Assembly (NCBI RefSeq): GCF_018977255.1
Contig: NW_024704743.1
Coordinates: forward strand, 53,198,001-53,262,000
Length of the DNA: 64,000 nt
Source: Callorhinchus milii
Taxonomy: Eukaryota
Direction of reading: 5' to 3'
Shown here: one piece after another, positions 27,290 through 39,744 of the stretch
How the letters are laid out: each line of letters starts with the position of its first letter
How positions within the stretch are numbered: position 1 is the first letter of the stretch
The notes under the pieces: model-generated
Told to the model about the DNA's origin: nothing
Databases searched by the model: none
What the model saw: the letters and a program-made list of their open reading frames with translations, nothing else
Program-made: the position numbers and the translations under genes

Positions 27290-27743
27290 TGGAGTCCTGT
27301 CGGGTATTGGTTAGAGTACTCGCCTCGCAAACGAGAGGACCTGGGTTTGAGTCCCGGGCAGGAGAAACTTTAGTTCACATGTCTGTTTCCTAGCAGTAAA
27401 TAGGAATCCGGTTGTTAGGCAATAGGCAGATCACTTTTCTGGGATTAATAATCCCTTAAAAGAAGATAGACAACAACAACAAAATTACATTTATAGAGCG
27501 CCTTTCATGTTGGGAGGACGTCCCAAAGCGCTGAACAATCAGGTGTCGAGGGTCTGAGTATGGGGGAGGGGTAGTGTAGGGGTGAGGGAAGGCAGAGAGG
27601 TGGGAAGGCGATGAAAGGCACGATCGAAGAAAAGGGTCTTGAGACCGGCCTTGAAGGAGGCAAGAGAGGAAGCGAGGCAAAGGGATCGTGGGATGGAGTT
27701 CCAGAGTGACAGACAGACAGATAAAATAAAATGGTCACTCAAT
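27290..27743. mobile_element. SINE 5' half (+) interrupted by an L2 3' end (-, ~27470-27706)
   Basis: SINE breaks at its A-rich linker and resumes at aaatggtcactcaat (~27730). Confidence 0.75.
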
Positions 27744-29100
27744 TACCACACAATTACATGGTTGTAATGTACATGCACTTCATTGCAGCTAAACTTCACA
27801 AATGTCTCAAAACTCTTCAAAAATAACTACTGTCAAGTACAATAATTGTTTGTAGATACCAAGGCAAATGTGGCAGACAATTTGTCACAGCAAATCCCAG
27901 AAACAGCTATGAAGTGAATGATCAATTTATCTATCGGATTGTTGCCGATGGCACCGGGATAAAATTCCTTCTTTTTTTAAATACGTTATGGAATATCCAA
28001 GTGAATACGGTTGGGATTTCGAATTAATATCTCATCTAAAGAATGGATCCTCTAACAATGCAATGATCACCGATACTGGTCAAGAGCATCAACAACAACA
28101 AATTACCCTTTCACGTCAGGAAGACATCCCAAGACGCTGCAGTCAGGGATTTGGAATCGAGCAAGGGGTCTGGATCAGGGGTGGTGGATTTAGTTCAATT
28201 GACTATTAATTTGATAAACTTCTTCTAGTTGCATTCCAAATTCAGCCTTTCTGCTGACTTCCAGCATTTGTCCTGGCCAAAAATCAATTCTGTGACCAAA
28301 CTCCGGCTGTTCCACCCCTGGTATCAAAAAATAAACAAACCACAAATCCAATAAGGCAGTAGACAATTGCAGAAGTTCCCATCAACATCATCATGTAGGC
28401 AAGAAGACAACAAATTATTGTTAGTGAGAGAAAAATAATTTAAACTTACAGACATAACAGAGATGTTTGTTCATTCAATCCCACCAGTGAAGTCCTATTT
28501 CATACAGAATGTGCTTTTCTCACCATATTACAGTACATGGTATGCATGAATAATTCTATGCATTTACTATATTTTGTTTTCAATCAGACCACAATTTTGA
28601 ACATGTCATGTGATGGGCAGTATAATCATATTGTATTAGTACTGTTTAGCTTGTTGACAATCAGAATGGATGAACCTCTGATTTGTGCCCAATTCCTCTG
28701 GGTGAGAATTGTTGAGGGCAAAATTCAAAATATGTAAAGTTCATTGTAAAGTACAGTATCTATAAAAATATGATCCAAAGAACTAAAGGGATAGTTATCA
28801 GTAAACTATTGATTAATTGGGGGCAAAGTTAAAGGAAGTTAACAGCATTTCTATCGGAACGGTTTAATTCTCAACATCACTTCTACTAACCAAAAAACAT
28901 TGAATCTATAACCTTTTCTTCGTGACAGACAAAACTCCACGTGAAGCAGCTCAAGAAGAGTTTGACAGATGTATTTCAGTTAGAAAATACTTTTTGTACT
29001 AATTATACAAACGAGCATCATTAGTTAGTCCAACAGTAAATTAATTGTGACCATCTATCCTAAAAAACTGCTGAATTCTGTACTCTTGACAAGAATCCTG
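27740..29100 (-). repeat. Left arm of local inverted duplication (partner 41113-42855)
   Basis: 28187-29098 is the reverse complement of 41918-41113; 27740-28090 matches 42855-42110 more loosely; twin ORFs MVCMNNSM... at 28537(+) and 41574(-). Confidence 0.95.
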
Positions 29101-29559
29101 AATAGGTAAACTGGGGTTTTTGATTTACAAGTGGGCTGACATGATGAGAATTCCCAAAACAGCTTCACTGTAATCTTCCAAAGGAGGTTTCCGGTGCCTT
29201 GGGATATCCTTCTGTGGCGAAAGGCGCAACACAAATGCAATTTGTTGCTGCTCTCGTCGTCCAGGATTCCTCTGGTGATCCAACTATTTCTCGTGTTAGA
29301 CCTCCGCAGTCGCGTTCAGAGCAGACCATCGTTGGCGTTTGTCCCCGATGCACAGCGAGCGGGAGCAAACTGGAAAACCCCGCCCCGGCTCAGCGCACGC
29401 CAGCAACTGGCTATTGGATCTAATCTTGGTCGGTCACTCGGTCGGTCGGTCGCTCGGCACCAGCCTCAGTCTGGTTTGGATGCTCTTAAGCATGGTGATG
29501 GGTTTCGTCACGTGTCAGACACCAGGGGTGACCAAAAAAACACGACACGGGGCAGTGGG

Positions 29560-29960
29560 AGGAGGAGGCGGAGGACTACAATTCCCATGAGCGTTTGAGA
29601 AGCGCATGCGCGGTCGGGGCGCGGCGGGGGCTGCCGGGAGCGGAGAAGCCCTGGGAATCGGAAGTGGCCGGTGCTGGGGCTGCGCTGGTGAGCGCGAGCG
29701 GCGGCGGGTGAGTGGCGGTTGGTGGTGGCGGTGAGCGCGAGAGTGCGCGATTGTGCTGTGCGTCAGGTGCCCGCGCGCCGGGTCAGTTGGTGGTGGTGGT
29801 GGTGTGCGCGGGGCTGTTGGGAGGGGGAGAGGGACCGGGTCCCCCCGGACGGGGATTCCGGCGAGAACGGGGCTCACACCTGTCCGCCCGCCCGCCCGCC
29901 CGGCGGCTCCGCTCAATGCCGACACCGGGCTTCCTGCTCGTGAGGGGAGAGAGAGAGCAA
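29560..29960 (+). promoter_or_regulatory. CpG-island promoter and non-coding first exon of CCDC126
   Basis: ACTACAATTCCCA (ZNF143/THAP11-associated motif) 29575-29587; GCGCATGCGC (NRF1) 29602-29611; CGGAAGTG (ETS) 29659-29666; donors GTGAGC 29688, GTGAGT 29708, GTGAGC 29731. Confidence 0.82.
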
Positions 29961-30061
29961 CACTAACTCACTGTGTTTGGGTGGGGAGGGGCAAAGAGCC
30001 ATTCAGCGCTCCGAGAAGCTGGCGACCCGGCATTGAAGAGCGCTGTACACAGGCAAGTTAC

Positions 30062-31520
30062 TGATCACCAGGTCAACTGTGGGGGTGAGAGCACAGAGAG
30101 TGATCACCAGATCACTGTGGAGGTGAGAGCAGAGAGAGTGATCGCCAGATCACTGTGTGGGGGTGAGAGCAGAGAGAGTGATCGCCAGATCACTCACTGT
30201 GGGGGTGAGAGCAGAGAGAGTGATCACCAGGTCACTGTGTGGAGGTGAGAGCAGAGAGAGTGATCACCAGATCACTGTGTGGGGGTGAGAGCAGAGAGAG
30301 TGATCGCCAGATCACTGTGTGGAGGTGAGAGCAGAGAGAGTGATCGCCAGATCACTGTGTGGGGGTGAGAGCAGAGAGAGTGATCTCCAGATCACTGTGT
30401 GGAAGTGAGAGCAGAGAGAGTGATCGCCAGATCACTGTGTGGAGGTGAGAGCAGAGAGAGTGATCGCCAGATCACTGTGTGGAGGTGAGAGCAGAGAGAG
30501 TGATCTCCAGATCACTGTGTGGAGGTGAGAGCAGAGAGAGTGATCGCCAGATCACTGTGTGGAGGTGAGAGCAGAGAGAGTGATCTCCAGATCACTGTGT
30601 GGAAGTGAGAGCAGAGAGAGTGATCACCAGATCACTGTGTGGAAGTGAGAGCAGAGAGAGTGATCTCCAGATCACTGTGTGGAAGTGAGAGCAGAGAGAG
30701 TGATCGCCAGATCACTGTGTGGAGGTGAGAGCAGAGAGAGTGATCGCCAGATCACTGTGTGGGGTGAGAGCAGAGAGAGAGTGATCGCCAGATCACTGTG
30801 TGGAAGTGAGAGCAGAGAGAGTGATCGCCAGATCACTGTGTGGAGGTGGGAGCAGAGAGAGTGATCGCCAGATCACTGTGTGGGGGTGAGAGCAGAGAGA
30901 GTGATCTCCAGATCACTGTGTGGAGGTGAGAGCAGAGAGAGTGATCACCAGATCACTGTGGGGGTGAGAGCAGAGAGAGTGATCGCCAGATCACTGTGGG
31001 GGTGAGAGCAGAGAGAGTGATCGCCAGATCACTGTGTGGGGGTGAGAGCAGAGAGAGTGATCGCCAGATCACTGTGTGGGGGTGAGAGCAGAGAGAGAGT
31101 GATCGCCAGATCACTGTGTGGGGGTGAGAGCAGAGAGAGAGTGATCACCAGATCACTGTGGGGGTGAGAGCAGAGAGAGAGTGATCGCCAGATCACTGTG
31201 TGGGGGTGAGAGCAGAGAGAGAGTGATCGCCAGATCACTGTGTGGGGGTGAGAGCAGAGAGAGAGTGATCGCCAGATCACTGTGGGGGTGAGAGCAGAGA
31301 GAGTGATCGCCAGATCACTGTGGGGGTGAGAGCAGAGAGAGTGATCGCCAGATCACTGTGGGGGTGAGAGCAGAGAGAGTGATCGCCAGATCACTGTGGG
31401 GGTGAGAGCAGAGAGAGAGTGATCGCCAGATCACTGTGGGGGTGAGAGCAGAGAGAGTGATCGCCAGATCACTGTGGGGGTGAGAGCAGAGAGAGTGATC
31501 GCCAGATCACTGTGGGGGTG
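30062..31520. repeat. Minisatellite, 38-42 bp unit TGATCGCCAGATCACTGTGTGGAGGTGAGAGCAGAGAGAG, ~36 copies
   Basis: Direct reading; head-to-tail with no spacers. Confidence 0.98.
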
Positions 31521-32174
31521 GCGGGGATATTGTGGTCTGATTTTGGAAATCCAGATTTCTTAAATAAACCAGAAGCAGGGTAGATCCCAGCACAGATACC
31601 TGAGAAACACCACTTATTCCTACCTTAATAATAATAATAATCATCCTTGCATTTGATATAGCGCCTCATCACGTTGTTGAGATGTCTCAAAGTGCTTCAC
31701 AGAATAGATTGTGTATATCTTACCCTCTGATCTGCCTGTGCTTTCTGTACTTGTACTGTGCTTCCTGTCCCCGCCCCCCCCCACACACACACACACATCG
31801 TAATATTCCACCCTTGTTGTTTTGTGCGCCGATGTTAACTCTGATATTTGTGGGTGTACTTTTATGAAAAGCCTTTTTCAAAGTCTAGATGCACTTTTCA
31901 GCAACGTTATCACTGATTTTTAAAGTCTGAGCTTAATCGGGCAAGATGACTCCTCTAAAGCAATGTTGATGTTTATCTACAGTACTAAGTTTCACGTGGT
32001 TACTCTTCCATTGCTGATTTATGCCATAAAACGAGAAATTTACAATCAAGAAACAACTGAAAACACAACAGTGATCGAAAACTGCCTTCCCTAGACTTAT
32101 GCAAATGTTCAGGGGCCCACTGACAGCTCCGTGGCCCACAAGTTGCCCATCACTGCTTTAAGTGGTTCACAAAT

Positions 32175-33187
32175 AACAACAACAACAATATTACATTTGT
32201 GTAGTGCCTTTCATGTCGGGAGGATGTCCTAAGGCGCTGGACAGTGTACAGCATTTCCGACCCGAGCTGGGATCAGGGGGCAGAAGGGAGGGGAGGGGGA
32301 GGAGGGTGACCAATGACATGGTCGAAGAGGAGGATTTTGAGGCGGAACTTGAAGGAGGCTAAGGAGGGGGCGAGGCGGAGTGACTGGGGGATGGAGTTCC
32401 AGAGTTTGGGGGCAGAGTGGCTGAAGGCTCTCCCACCAATGGTGGGGCGGGTGGGTTGGGGGACGTGGAGCAGGTCGGAGCCGGCTGAGCGGAGGGAACG
32501 GGCGGGTTGGTAGGGGGTTAGGAGGTCACAGAGATAGGGTGGGGCGAGGCAATGGAGGGCTTTGTAATTGAGGACCAGGATCTTGAATTGGATCCCTTGA
32601 AGGATCGGGAGCCAATGGAGTCGGGCGAGAATGGGGGAGATGGAGTCACGGAGTTTGGTGCGGGAGAGGACACGGGCTGCAGATTTCTGGATTATCTGCA
32701 GCCTGTGGAGGGAGGAGTTGGGAAGGCCGACAAGCCTAGTAGTTTGCATAGTCGAGCCTGGAGGTGATGAAGGCGTGAACAAGAGTTTCAGTGGTCTGAG
32801 GGGTGAGGTAGTGGCGGAGTCGGGCAATGTTATGGAGGTGAGGGAAGGCAGAGCGGGTCATGGCTTGAATGTGGGGGAGAAAAGACAGTTGAGGGTCGAA
32901 CAAGACACCGAGGTTCCTGACTGGTTTGGTGAGTTGGAGTGTGCAACCATGGAGGTTGATGCTGCCAGAGCCTGAGGTGCTGAGGCGCTGGTGGGAGCCA
33001 ATCCGGAGGGCCTCAGTCTTGTCCACATTCAACTGCAGGAAATTTGCCCTCATCCAGGACGATGTCCGACAGACAGTCTGTCAGGACAGCAGTGGTCCTG
33101 GAGTTGAGGGTGGAGACAGAAAGATAGAGTTGGGTGTCATCAACATACATGTGGAAGTTGACCCCATGTCTGCGGATGATATATCCT
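32175..33187 (-). mobile_element. L2-clade LINE 3' ~1 kb with (GTT)n tail
   Basis: MRANFLQLNVDKTE..., LARLHWLPI..., GGRAFSHSAPKLWNSIP; frameshifted. Confidence 0.93.
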
Positions 33188-33614
33188 CCCTTCTGCCTCT
33201 TGGTATCTTTGGGTGCAATCCATTAATCACAGGATTTAATGTTTTCAGCCTTTAAACCTGCCAGATCCTCTCTGCCTTACTGAAGTTCGAAAGGTCAATT
33301 AGTGAGTAGTGATATTGGACGGCATATTAATAGTGACTTCTATTGTTAAAAAAACTCAGAGGCAGTCATTTAATGTTAAATCTCCTATTCTTCTTCTGTT
33401 TCAATTCTTTTTGAATTTCTTAGCATTTAATATTCTTCCCCAGTTACTATACTATAATAGTGGAATCACCTTTAGTGTTTTGCTTTTAATCTGATGCCTA
33501 TTTACTCTCAGATTCATCCTTCATTTGTGCCCTTCCCGATCACAGTTGGTCATTGAGCTTAGCTTTCATATCCATGAGATTGCCAGCCTAAAGTTATGTA
33601 CTGCCTGATATGAG

Positions 33615-34262
33615 GTTGGCTCAGTAAATAGCGCTGTCACCTTGAAGTCAAAGTTGTTGGATCGAGTCCATTGTCGGTACTCAGAGTTCTCAGTCTAAGC
33701 TGAAACTGCCTGTGGATGTGTTGCGTTGTTAGAGGTGCTATTCTTTGGATGAGACATTGAATCGTGACCTGAGTGCCTGTTCAGGTGGATGTTAAAGATC
33801 CCACACACTATTCGAAAAGAGAAGGGAGTTTCTCCTGGTGTCCTGGACAACAATCCCACAAATAAAATTGGTCACTCACCCAATGGCTATTTGTGTGCCA
33901 TTGCTTACAATGTAAGCTCTCCAAGATGCTAGCCGCAAGAAGGGTGCTATTTAAATGCAAGTTGTTGTTGTTGTCGTTGCTGCACTCAATTTGGCTGCTG
34001 TGTTAGCCTTCAAATATACAGTCACTATGCTTCATAGTACCTATCTGTTCCCTCCACTCAGCGAGCTTCTTCGGTCACTCTTCCACCCTTTTTTGCCCTT
34101 CACCCCTCCTTATCCCAACCCTGACTATCCATTGTTGGGACGTTCTCCTGACGTGAAAGCCGCTATGTGAATGTAAATTGTTGTTGTAGTAAAATCCTGT
34201 GAAGTGTTTAGCGATGTCTTGACGTTGTTATAAGCCACTTATTAAATGCAGTGATTATTATT
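33615..34262 (+). mobile_element. DeuSINE-like SINE with internal L2-tail fragments
   Basis: tRNA-like head tggctcagt...gatcgagtcc; central ttcaggtggatgttaaagatccc. Confidence 0.6.
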
Positions 34263-35132
34263 ACTGTATAATTTGATTGATTGTTCCTGTTGGAAGGAAC
34301 ATTACGCCACGTTCACAGTAAATGGTTTAGTTACTTGTACTCTGAATAGTATCTGGATAGTTGGGGGGCTTCCTGACCTGCTGAGGACGTAATCCTGGTT
34401 CTGTAAAATGAGACCTTGCTCGATAACCGTGTGTGTTCTAGTTTGGCCACCACTATCAAGACCATCAGGGCTGTTGATATTATCACCAAGATGAGCTGCT
34501 CCTGCATACTTCAGGTTTTAACTGGTTAAGCAACCTTCATCTAATATTCTCCTGAATTAGATAATCATGGGAGATCATACTACCCCATTCCATTCCAGAC
34601 ACATGAGACATTTCCTTGTGAGCTGGCATAAATATGAGGAACTCTAGTTTGCATGGTGGTGAGTTTGCATACGTGCCAGTCATCCAGCTGACCAAGAAAC
34701 TTGAGATGAAAGCAGGAAATATACTGCATTTCTGTATACTCTGCAGGGTACATTGTATACTTCCTACTGTGTTACATCAGGGTCAGACTATATCACCTCA
34801 CAATTCTATACACTTGTTTCAGAAGTAGTAATATGATAAATTTTATGTAAGTAATATGATACAAGGAAAATTGTAGTGACCTTGAGAGATCTATATTTGC
34901 ACAAATAGGCAGCAGGACAAGCAATAGGTAATTCTTTGCAGACAATTTCCATGCTAGATTGGTTAGTTTCCAATCTGATGTCATTGAAGACTAAAGGGTG
35001 GGGGTGGGTGGAGAGAGTGTGTGTTGAACAGCTGGCTGGCCAAAAAAAAATTCCTCTAACACCAGGTCTCTGAACATCTCCTCCCTTACTTGGCATCTAA
35101 CATCTCCCCTGTGAACCATTCCGAGACTTTAC

Positions 35133-35347
35133 AATAATAATAATAATAATAATAATCCTTGCATTTGATATAGCGCTTTTCACGTCGGGAGGACGTCCCA
35201 AAGCGCTTCACAGAACACACTGTAAAGTGAATTGACTGTATATTTGTGGGCGAACGCGGCAGCCAATTGCGCACAGCAATGTCCCACAAACAGTCGTGGA
35301 TTGAAAATGACTAATTTATTATTGTTTTGGTTTTGGAGGGATTATTA
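35133..35347 (-). mobile_element. 5'-truncated young SINE copy
   Basis: Near-identical to 9585-9788. Confidence 0.88.
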
Positions 35348-37484
35348 TCCCACATGAAGGATGCAATGACAACGGTAACTTGCATTTATATAGCTCCCTT
35401 CACGTGGGGTAGCGACTCCTAGCGCTTGACAGTGGCGAAGCTTGACGCTGAGCCGGGGGGAGGTGACGTTAAAGAGGAAGGTCTTCAGGGGGGATCTGAA
35501 AATGAGGAAGAAGGGGCAAGGCAGAGGGATTGAAGAAGAGAGTTCGAACGTTTCGGGCATAGTGGCTTTTTATTTTATATTTGTAATGTTTTCATTTCAC
35601 TCATTCTAAGTCTACTTTAATCAATACCAACCTAAACATGAACTAATAGAAATGTTAACGTTTTGTTAAAATCTGATTTTAAAAAAAGTGTCCTTTCAAA
35701 ACCTGTTAAAAGAAACAACCTAAGAATTTGAACAATGTCCTTGTTCTATGTTTCCACAAAAGTAACTGGCCTGGTTTGTGAAGTTGTTATTCAAGTGTTA
35801 AAATAGTGAGTTGTGAGAACAAAGCAGTGGTCCCAAGTGTAACAACAACAACAAAATTATATTTGTGTAGAGCTTTTCACGTCGGGAGGACGTCCCAAGG
35901 CACTGGACAATCTGTGTTTTGGACCCGAGCTGTTGGAGGGCAGGGGGGGAAGGAGGATGACCGAAGGCACATTCGAAGAGAAGGGTCTTGAGACGGGTCT
36001 TGAAGGAGATTAATTAAGGCTAATTGTCATCATGCAGAGTGAGTTAGAAGGAATTTGAGAAAGAGATTTACATTTATGGTACAGCATAGAAATAGGCCAT
36101 TTGGTCCAACTCATCTGTGCTGGTTTTTATATTCCAAATGGGTCTCCGCCCACTCCTTCCTCCTCTCATACCCTTCTATTCCCTTCTCGTCTATATCTAG
36201 CGTTCTTCTTGAATGCATTAATTTTCTCACTATTCTCTGCGCCTTGGGACTATGCTTTGGGATGTCCTCCCGACATGATAGGTGCAATACAAATATAATT
36301 TGTCATTGTGTGAAGTAGCTCCTCCTAAATTCTCTGTTAGATCCCCAAGTTGCTACCTTATATTTATGCTCCGTGGGTAACAAATGGGAACAACCTATTT
36401 ATGCTAACCTTATCGAACCCTTTTAAAAATTTGGACACATGTATTGGGTCCCCTCTTAAATGTCTCTTATATAGTGGGGGAAAAAAGGCCTAACCTGTTT
36501 ATTCTGATAGCTGTAATCTTCCAGCTCTGGTATAACCCCAGTAAATCTATGCTGTACTCTTTCCCTCGCTGTTAATATCCTTCTACTAGTCTGGTGACCA
36601 GAATTGTACTCAGGTACTTAATCCATATGACCCTTTAATCTTTGATTATAATTTGTAGTCTCTTGATTCGAATCCCCAGCTCGGGTGTAAATCCTTTACT
36701 GTCCAGGAATTTGTGACATTCTCCCACATGTGAAAGGTGGCATATAAATGCAATTTGTTGTTGTACTGTCAATTCATGGAATTTTAGCTTTTGTTTGCTG
36801 ATTGGGGTGTCTTTGTCATCCCATTGTATAAAAAATGGTTCATTTCCTGAAATCGGACATGTGGTTAATATTGTGATAACGATACTAGACTTAAATTTTG
36901 GTCTGTTGAAATCATACTCCTGTATAATGTTGTGAAATGAGAAATATATTTTTGGTCAGCTGGGTGTCTAACATATGCTGAAACCCATCACCACATATTT
37001 ATGCAACCTACATATGGAAATTTCTCTTAGAAGAAAGGGGTCTCTGCCCCTAGTGACCAGTCTGTCCCTCCACGAACTACTGATCAGCCAGGCTTGTTGG
37101 TCTGTCATCAGCAATGCTTTCTTCGTGTCGGACACCTGGCTGACCAAACAAGAACTACCTCTCAGACCAGGTCTGTGGTTAACTCCGCCTGGCTAAGGAG
37201 CTAAACCACCAGGACTGCCACAGAAGATTACTTATACCAAAATTCCATTGAAAGCTTGTCCCCCTGGAGCTAGTTTAGCTCCATGCAAACTCCACTTCAC
37301 CCCCCCCACCCCACCTCCTTCCTGGAGAATAGTCACTTGTTGGTCATTTGATCAAACCATTCTACGTTTGTCAGACACCTGCAAATGACAAATGCATAAT
37401 TTTCTCATAGATGGATTGATATATTTTGCTCAATCACAGTTTATGGAACTGGGTTCCACATTCGCACCAACCTCTGCCTACAGA

Positions 37485-37852
37485 AGTTCCTCCTAAGCTT
37501 AGTGGTTAGAGCACTCGCCTCGCAAGCGAGGAAACCTGGGTTCAATTCCTGGCAAGGTGAAACGTTGGGCAAGTTTCCTTACTCCACATGCCTGAGTTTA
37601 ACTAGCAGTAAGTAGGAACCCGGTTATTAGTTGATTGGTGGATCATTTTTCTGGAGGTAATAATTTCTTCAAAAAAAATTAAGTTCATCACTCAATCCAC
37701 GACTGTTTGTGAGACACTTCTGTGCGCAATTGTCTGCCGCGTTTCACCCACAAAATACACAGTCAATTCACTTTACAGCATATTCTGTGAAGGGCTTTGA
37801 GACGTCTCGAAGTTGTGATAAGGCTGTATATCAATTGTAAGGATTATTATAT
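37485..37852 (+). mobile_element. tRNA-derived SINE, long subtype
   Basis: Head, body and ATT tail as in the other copies. Confidence 0.9.
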
Positions 37853-38184
37853 TCACATTGATAGCAGTGTACTGTACTTCAACACATCTGAACGTAATCG
37901 AAAAATTACTCTTTAGTCTTACAGTTTGGTGATGAATCTCAACGTGCTGCTACCTTGTAGCACACTTGCAGACTGTTTTAATGGAGAAAGTGAACGTGTG
38001 TGAAGGTGAAGCATTTTTAGCGCATTTCTTCCTCAATTGTATTTGGCAAAAAATATAAAGTCATGAGGAGAATTTCATGCTGTATGCTATTGCCATTGGA
38101 GACTTACTATTTTTAGGTTATAATTTGTTACAAAGCATCTTGATTGAACTGATGACCTTTCCATTAAACTTTTCATCCATTCTC

Positions 38185-38745
38185 TGCTCAAGTCCAGGAG
38201 GATAGAGGGTAGGAGAGTGGCCGAAGGCACGGTCGAAGAGGAGGGTCTTGAAGGAGGCAAGGGAGGGAGTGAGGTGAAGGGAATGTGGGATGGAGTTCCA
38301 GAGAGTGGGGGCAGAGAGGCTGAAGGCTTGACCACCGATGGTGGAATGGCTGGGAGGGGACATAGAGCAGGCCAGAGCCTGCTGAGCGGAGGGAGCGAAC
38401 AGGTGGATAAGGGGTTAGCAAGTAGGAGGGGACAAGGCCATGCAGGGCCTTGAAGGTGCGGACGAGAATTTTGAACTCGATGCTCTGAGGGATGGGGAGC
38501 CAGGTGTGAATGGGTGTGATGGGGTCACGGAGCCCGGTGCGGGAGAGGACACGAACTGCAGAGTACTGGGTGATCTGCAACTTGTGGAGGGAAGAGTTGC
38601 AAAGGTTGACAAGCAGGGCTTTGGCACAGTCGAGCCTGATGTCACCAAGAGGGAACATGTGCAGGTTGAAGAGGAGAGGACCGATGACAGAACCCTGAGG
38701 AACACCACAGAAGACTGGGGGGTGGGGGCTAAAGGAGAAGCCTTC
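38185..38745 (-). mobile_element. L2 LINE, 3' portion (continuation of 39745-41010)
   Basis: GVPQGSVIGPLLF... to AFSLSAPTLWNSIP with an internal deletion. Confidence 0.85.
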
Positions 38746-38764
38746 AGCCCCCACACAGGGTTTG

Positions 38765-39738
38765 CTTGGACCTCAACTGTTTACAGCTACATCATTGTTA
38801 GATGAGGGAATAGAGCTTAATGTATCTCAATTCACAGATGATAGAAAGTTAGGTGGGAAAGTAAGCTGTGAGGAGAACACAAGGAGGATGCAAAGGGATA
38901 TAGACAGGTTAAGTGAATGAGCAAGAAGGTGGCAGATGGAGTATAATCTGGGGAAGTGTGAAGTTATTCACCGAGGTAGAAGAAACAGAAAAGCATATTA
39001 TTTTCGACAGGGGGCGAGACTAGGTAGTGTTAGTATTCAGAGGGATTTAGGTGTCCTTGTACACCAATCACAGAAAGTTAGTATGCAGGTACAGCAAGCA
39101 ATTAGAAATTAATGGCATGTTAGCGTTTATTGCAAAGGGGTTAGAGTACAAGAGTAAGGAAGTCTTGCTGCAATTGTATAGGGCCCTGGTGAGACTGCAC
39201 CTAGAATATTGTATGCAGCTTTGGTCTCCTTATCGAAGAAAGGATATACTCGCCTTAGAGGGGGTGCAGTGTAGATTCACTGGGTTGGTTTCTGGGATGA
39301 GGTGGTTGACCTATGAGGAGAAGTTGAGTAAACTAGGCCTATATTCTCTAGAATATAGAAGAATTAGAGCTGATTTTATAGAAACCTATAAAATTCTTAA
39401 GGGTCTTGACAGGGTAGGTAGTGTGAGACTGTTTCCCTTGATTAGAGATTCTAAAACTGGATGTCATAGGATTAAAGGTCAGCCTTTTAGAACTGAGTTG
39501 AGAAAACATTTCTTCACTCAGAAGGTAGGGAATTTATGGAATTCTCTATCCCGGAAGGGTGTGGATGCTCAGTCATTGAACATATTCAAGACTGAGATTG
39601 ATAGATTTTTCAAAACTAAAGGGATTAAGGGATATGGGGACAGGGCGGGTAAATGGAATCAGCCATGATCTTATTAAATAGCTGGGCAGGCTCAAGGGGC
39701 CAAATGGCCTACTCTTGCTCCTAGTTCTTATATTCTTA
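38765..39738 (+). mobile_element. CR1 LINE, 5'-truncated
   Basis: ORF 39051-39668 LLQLYRALVR.HLEYC...FFTQKVGNLWNSL; 3' end ggggccaaatggcctactc. Confidence 0.93.
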
Positions 39739-39744
39739 TGTAAG

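Noticed and set aside
28537..28737. Twin 66 aa ORFs (28537+ and 41374-41574 minus) as a duplicated small gene
   Set aside because: Similarity is explained by the DNA-level inverted duplication; no recognisable homology or splice context
30062..31520. CRISPR-like array of palindromic repeats
   Set aside because: Units are head-to-tail with no unique spacers, there are no cas genes, and the context is a vertebrate intron
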